Notes under the pieces: generated by a model
What the model was told of the DNA's origin: nothing
Seen by the model: only the letters and a program-made list of their open reading frames with translations
Database searches by the model: none
Program-made: the position numbers and the translations under genes
Assembly: GCA_002269645.1 (NCBI GenBank)
Contig: NIVC01005001.1
Span: forward strand, 1 to 28,819
Direction of reading: 5' to 3'
Length of the DNA stretch: 28,819 bases
Source: Macrostomum lignano
Lineage: Eukaryota
Shown: one piece after another, positions 25,882 to 28,819 of the stretch
Layout: each line of letters begins with the position of its first letter
Numbering within the stretch: position 1 is the first letter of the stretch

Positions 25882-28299
25882 AATATAATGCTTGAAAAGG
25901 TCAATTCAAGGTTACAATTGCTTCTCTGATTATTACGAATTTTTAGAGTACGCAAACATAGTTGTATATACACACGATGAGCATGCAGTGTCAAAGCGTG
26001 GCGCAATTGCTATATATACTAAAATTTGTAGTCAATGTATATAAACTTTTAGTTTTCGTGCCCCAAATTAAAATTTCAAAAAATTGAAAAACCTAAGTTA
26101 AATACATAGTCTGAGTTTAAGCTTTAAATCTAAAATTTTTCATAGTTAGATACCAAACACATAGTTTAAACCGTAGAATGAATTTCCGAGTTTTTACACG
26201 CTAAAATTGAAATCTACTTGATTACCATATGCCATCCTGACCTGACTTTGCCTGACTCTGCCTGATAATGTATTGGATTGGTCATTGATCCCACCATAGT
26301 GGCCTAGCCTAATCTTAGCCTTAGCAAAATCGATTGGATGAAATCCAAATTTTTTATTTGTGGATTAGACTGTTAGGATATTAGCCTACATTACGTAGGT
26401 CCAGTCAAGAGTTAGGCTGGACTCAGCTGTTTTCCACCAGCCCAGCGCCAGCGTCTGTTTAATAACAATAATAATAAGTCCAAAGTCAAGTAATTTCTAT
26501 TTTATTATTAGTAGGCCCTACTAAATGCCAATTATCGTCTATTTATATTAGTAGAGGGTGGCCGTGCCCGTGGGTGGGCCCTAGGCCTATTATTAATAAT
26601 AGGGGCCTAGGAGATTAGGCCTAGCCTAGGCCGCTAGGCTAGGCCTACTGTCTATAGATTTGATAGATATAGGCCCTAGTGTATAGGGCCTAATAATATT
26701 TTTAATAATATAAAATAATAGGGCCTATGCCTAAATAATTAATAATATGTACTCATATAAATATTAGAATTATATACTGTACTGGCCCCTACTAGTAGGC
26801 CCTAGGCCTAGTCACAGTATCCACTGAGTAGGCCTAGGGCCTATGGAGATTTATTATATAAGTAAAAAAAATCTCTATATAGCTGTAGGCCTAGGCCCCT
26901 ATCTATAGGGCCTACTTATGAATCAGAATCATGATAGGCCTACTCTATACTATAGCCATAGGCCTATATACAAATATACTAGGCCCTAGGCTAACTATTC
27001 TATAATCTATTAAATATACTAAATATTAGGCTTGTCTAGACTGTTTTCTAATAGTAGATAGGCCCTTATTTCAACTGACCTCCATATGCTAGTGTTGGTT
27101 TAATAATAGACATAAAGGCCTAACAAATATACTTTATAGGTCTATAGCTTTACATTTTAGTATATAGGATAACTTTTAAGCCCTAAGGCGTAAGCCTACA
27201 ATTCTACTTGTTATTGCTAGTAGCATCAGCCTTCAATTTAATCAAACTTTGATTTAGTTTAGATTAAGACTTCATTTTGCTATAAAACTTACATATTTAA
27301 TTCATTATCAAATTTTGTCATGAAGGTAAAATAAGGGCCTATCCTAGTATTAAAATATTACAAACTTTAGTATTTATCCTTGGTTTACCATAATTTTTAC
27401 TTGCTAGGCTGGCTAGGCCTAGCAATTGTATATAAACATTTAATAGATATCTAGGTTCAGATATACAAAAATTAAGTTTTATTATAACCTTAACCTTTGG
27501 ATTGAAAGAAATTAAGGGTTGGACAATCTCAAATATTTAAGATTTTTTGAGAATCAAGATTTATATTTTCAAAATAATTGAGATTCAATCAAAATTTAAG
27601 ATTAAGCCTAATTAGCAACTAGCTGATAGGCCTATTTATACTATTCTATCTATCAATATTAATCTTGTTTTTTAAATATATACAGTGATAAAAATCGAAA
27701 AAACAATGATTATTTAATATTGAGCATATTAATAACTTCATAGATATCAAATGTAACTATGATAGTATTAGCAACTTTATAGGTTGTTCTACAATATTAT
27801 ATTCAAGTTTGAAATGGTGCCACAATATAGTGCTTTTGAGTACTAGATAAAGCAATTTATAAAGAAGTAAATAAAGCAATAGCTAGAGTGGTAGATAGAG
27901 AAATAGATAGGGCAGTAAAAATAGCAATAAATAGAGCAATAGATAAGAACTAAAGGATAAAGAATTTTATAATACTATTTTCTATCCCTTTTGGCCATAG
28001 GCATTTTCTATCATAGTATTATGTTGCAATACTAATACAAAATTGAAAATATAGCATTTTGCAAGCTAGTAGAGAATGCGAGCAAACAATTAAATAATTG
28101 ATAACAAAGTCTGTGGAATTTTTTATTGTCTGTGGTCAAAGATATGGCTATTTCTACAACCAAATAAATAATGCAAGCATGCAATTGATAAATTTTCTCA
28201 GTTATTATGTGAACTGATCTCAATAGTAGCTCAAATGACACACAATCAACATTGAGGATAATGAAATTCTGGAGTAGGATGAAAGAGTTTTGTCACCCG

Positions 28300-28819
28300 C
28301 GGAGGACGCTCCTGGAGAACCAGTTCAGGCGGCAGCAGCACAGGGTCCATATGCCAAGATAAGCAACAAAAAATATGAACTAGTAGTAAGTGCGCTTGAG
28401 CGAAAGAGACAGGGCTGTGCAGATTTCCAGGTTTTGTAATTTGAAGGCACAAAACTGTGTATACTATCCAATGGCACTACAAACTGACTGGAACGCCGCA
28501 ATGACTCTATCGAGGAGGAGATCAAACGTCAAGCTAGAAACCAGCATGTGCAACTGCTTCTGGATTCACTGGATGCCAATCCATTACTAACAATAAAAGA
28601 GTTGCAGCACACACTGGAGCATTTGTTGATGGTCTTCAGGTGAGCAAGGCCACACTTAGCAGATCTCTAGACAAACATCTGATCATGCTGAAGATGCTTA
28701 GGTAGAGATCTGACCTCTGGTCGCACGGAACACGCTGTTGACAAGAATTCGCACAGTGGCTGCTTGACCTGCCTCTGGATTGTCACTTGATCTATATTGA
28801 CAAGACAGGGTTCAACATA
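28300..28819 (+). pseudogene. decayed IS630/Tc1/mariner-superfamily transposase (HTH region and first catalytic Asp), truncated by the window end
   Basis: Fragments across frameshifts and stops: GPYAKISNKKYELVVSALE; TVYTIQWHYKLTG..RGG; LDANPLLTIKELQHTL; VSKATLSRSL; EFAQWL..HLIYIDKTGFNI, which resembles the IYIDE(T/S)GFN motif of DDE_3 transposases. Confidence 0.8.

Overview
Repeat-rich animal (metazoan) genomic DNA with GT-AG introns. The gene families and the density of simple and minisatellite repeats suggest a free-living flatworm such as Macrostomum, but that is inference only. Four host genes can be reconstructed: (1) a linker histone H1 (minus strand, 1825-2584); (2) a ~1480-aa TRP cation channel joining ~17-18 ankyrin repeats to a TRPM/TRPC-like linker, 6-TM module and TRP domain (plus, 5213-10211, 3 exons); (3) a C-type lectin + PAN/apple protein (plus, 10882-11616); (4) a 7-exon Unkempt-family CCCH RNA-binding protein (minus, 17178-25881) that appears to lack the C-terminal RING finger. 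A decayed IS630/Tc1-type transposase runs off the right edge. About a fifth of the window is tandem repeat, from roughly ten unrelated families. These include a 1.6-kb 19-bp satellite carrying TTAGGG and a TTCNNNGAA palindrome in most units, and two arrays tied to CAGGG(G)CGT-type inverted-repeat ends. The five frameshifts in H1, the TRP gene and Unkempt are each repaired by adding one base to a short homopolymer, which points to long-read consensus error rather than pseudogenes. No CRISPR array, rRNA or tRNA was seen. I found no clearly new multi-gene system; the atypical ankyrin-TRP channel, the RING-less Unkempt and the satellite structures are the best leads.
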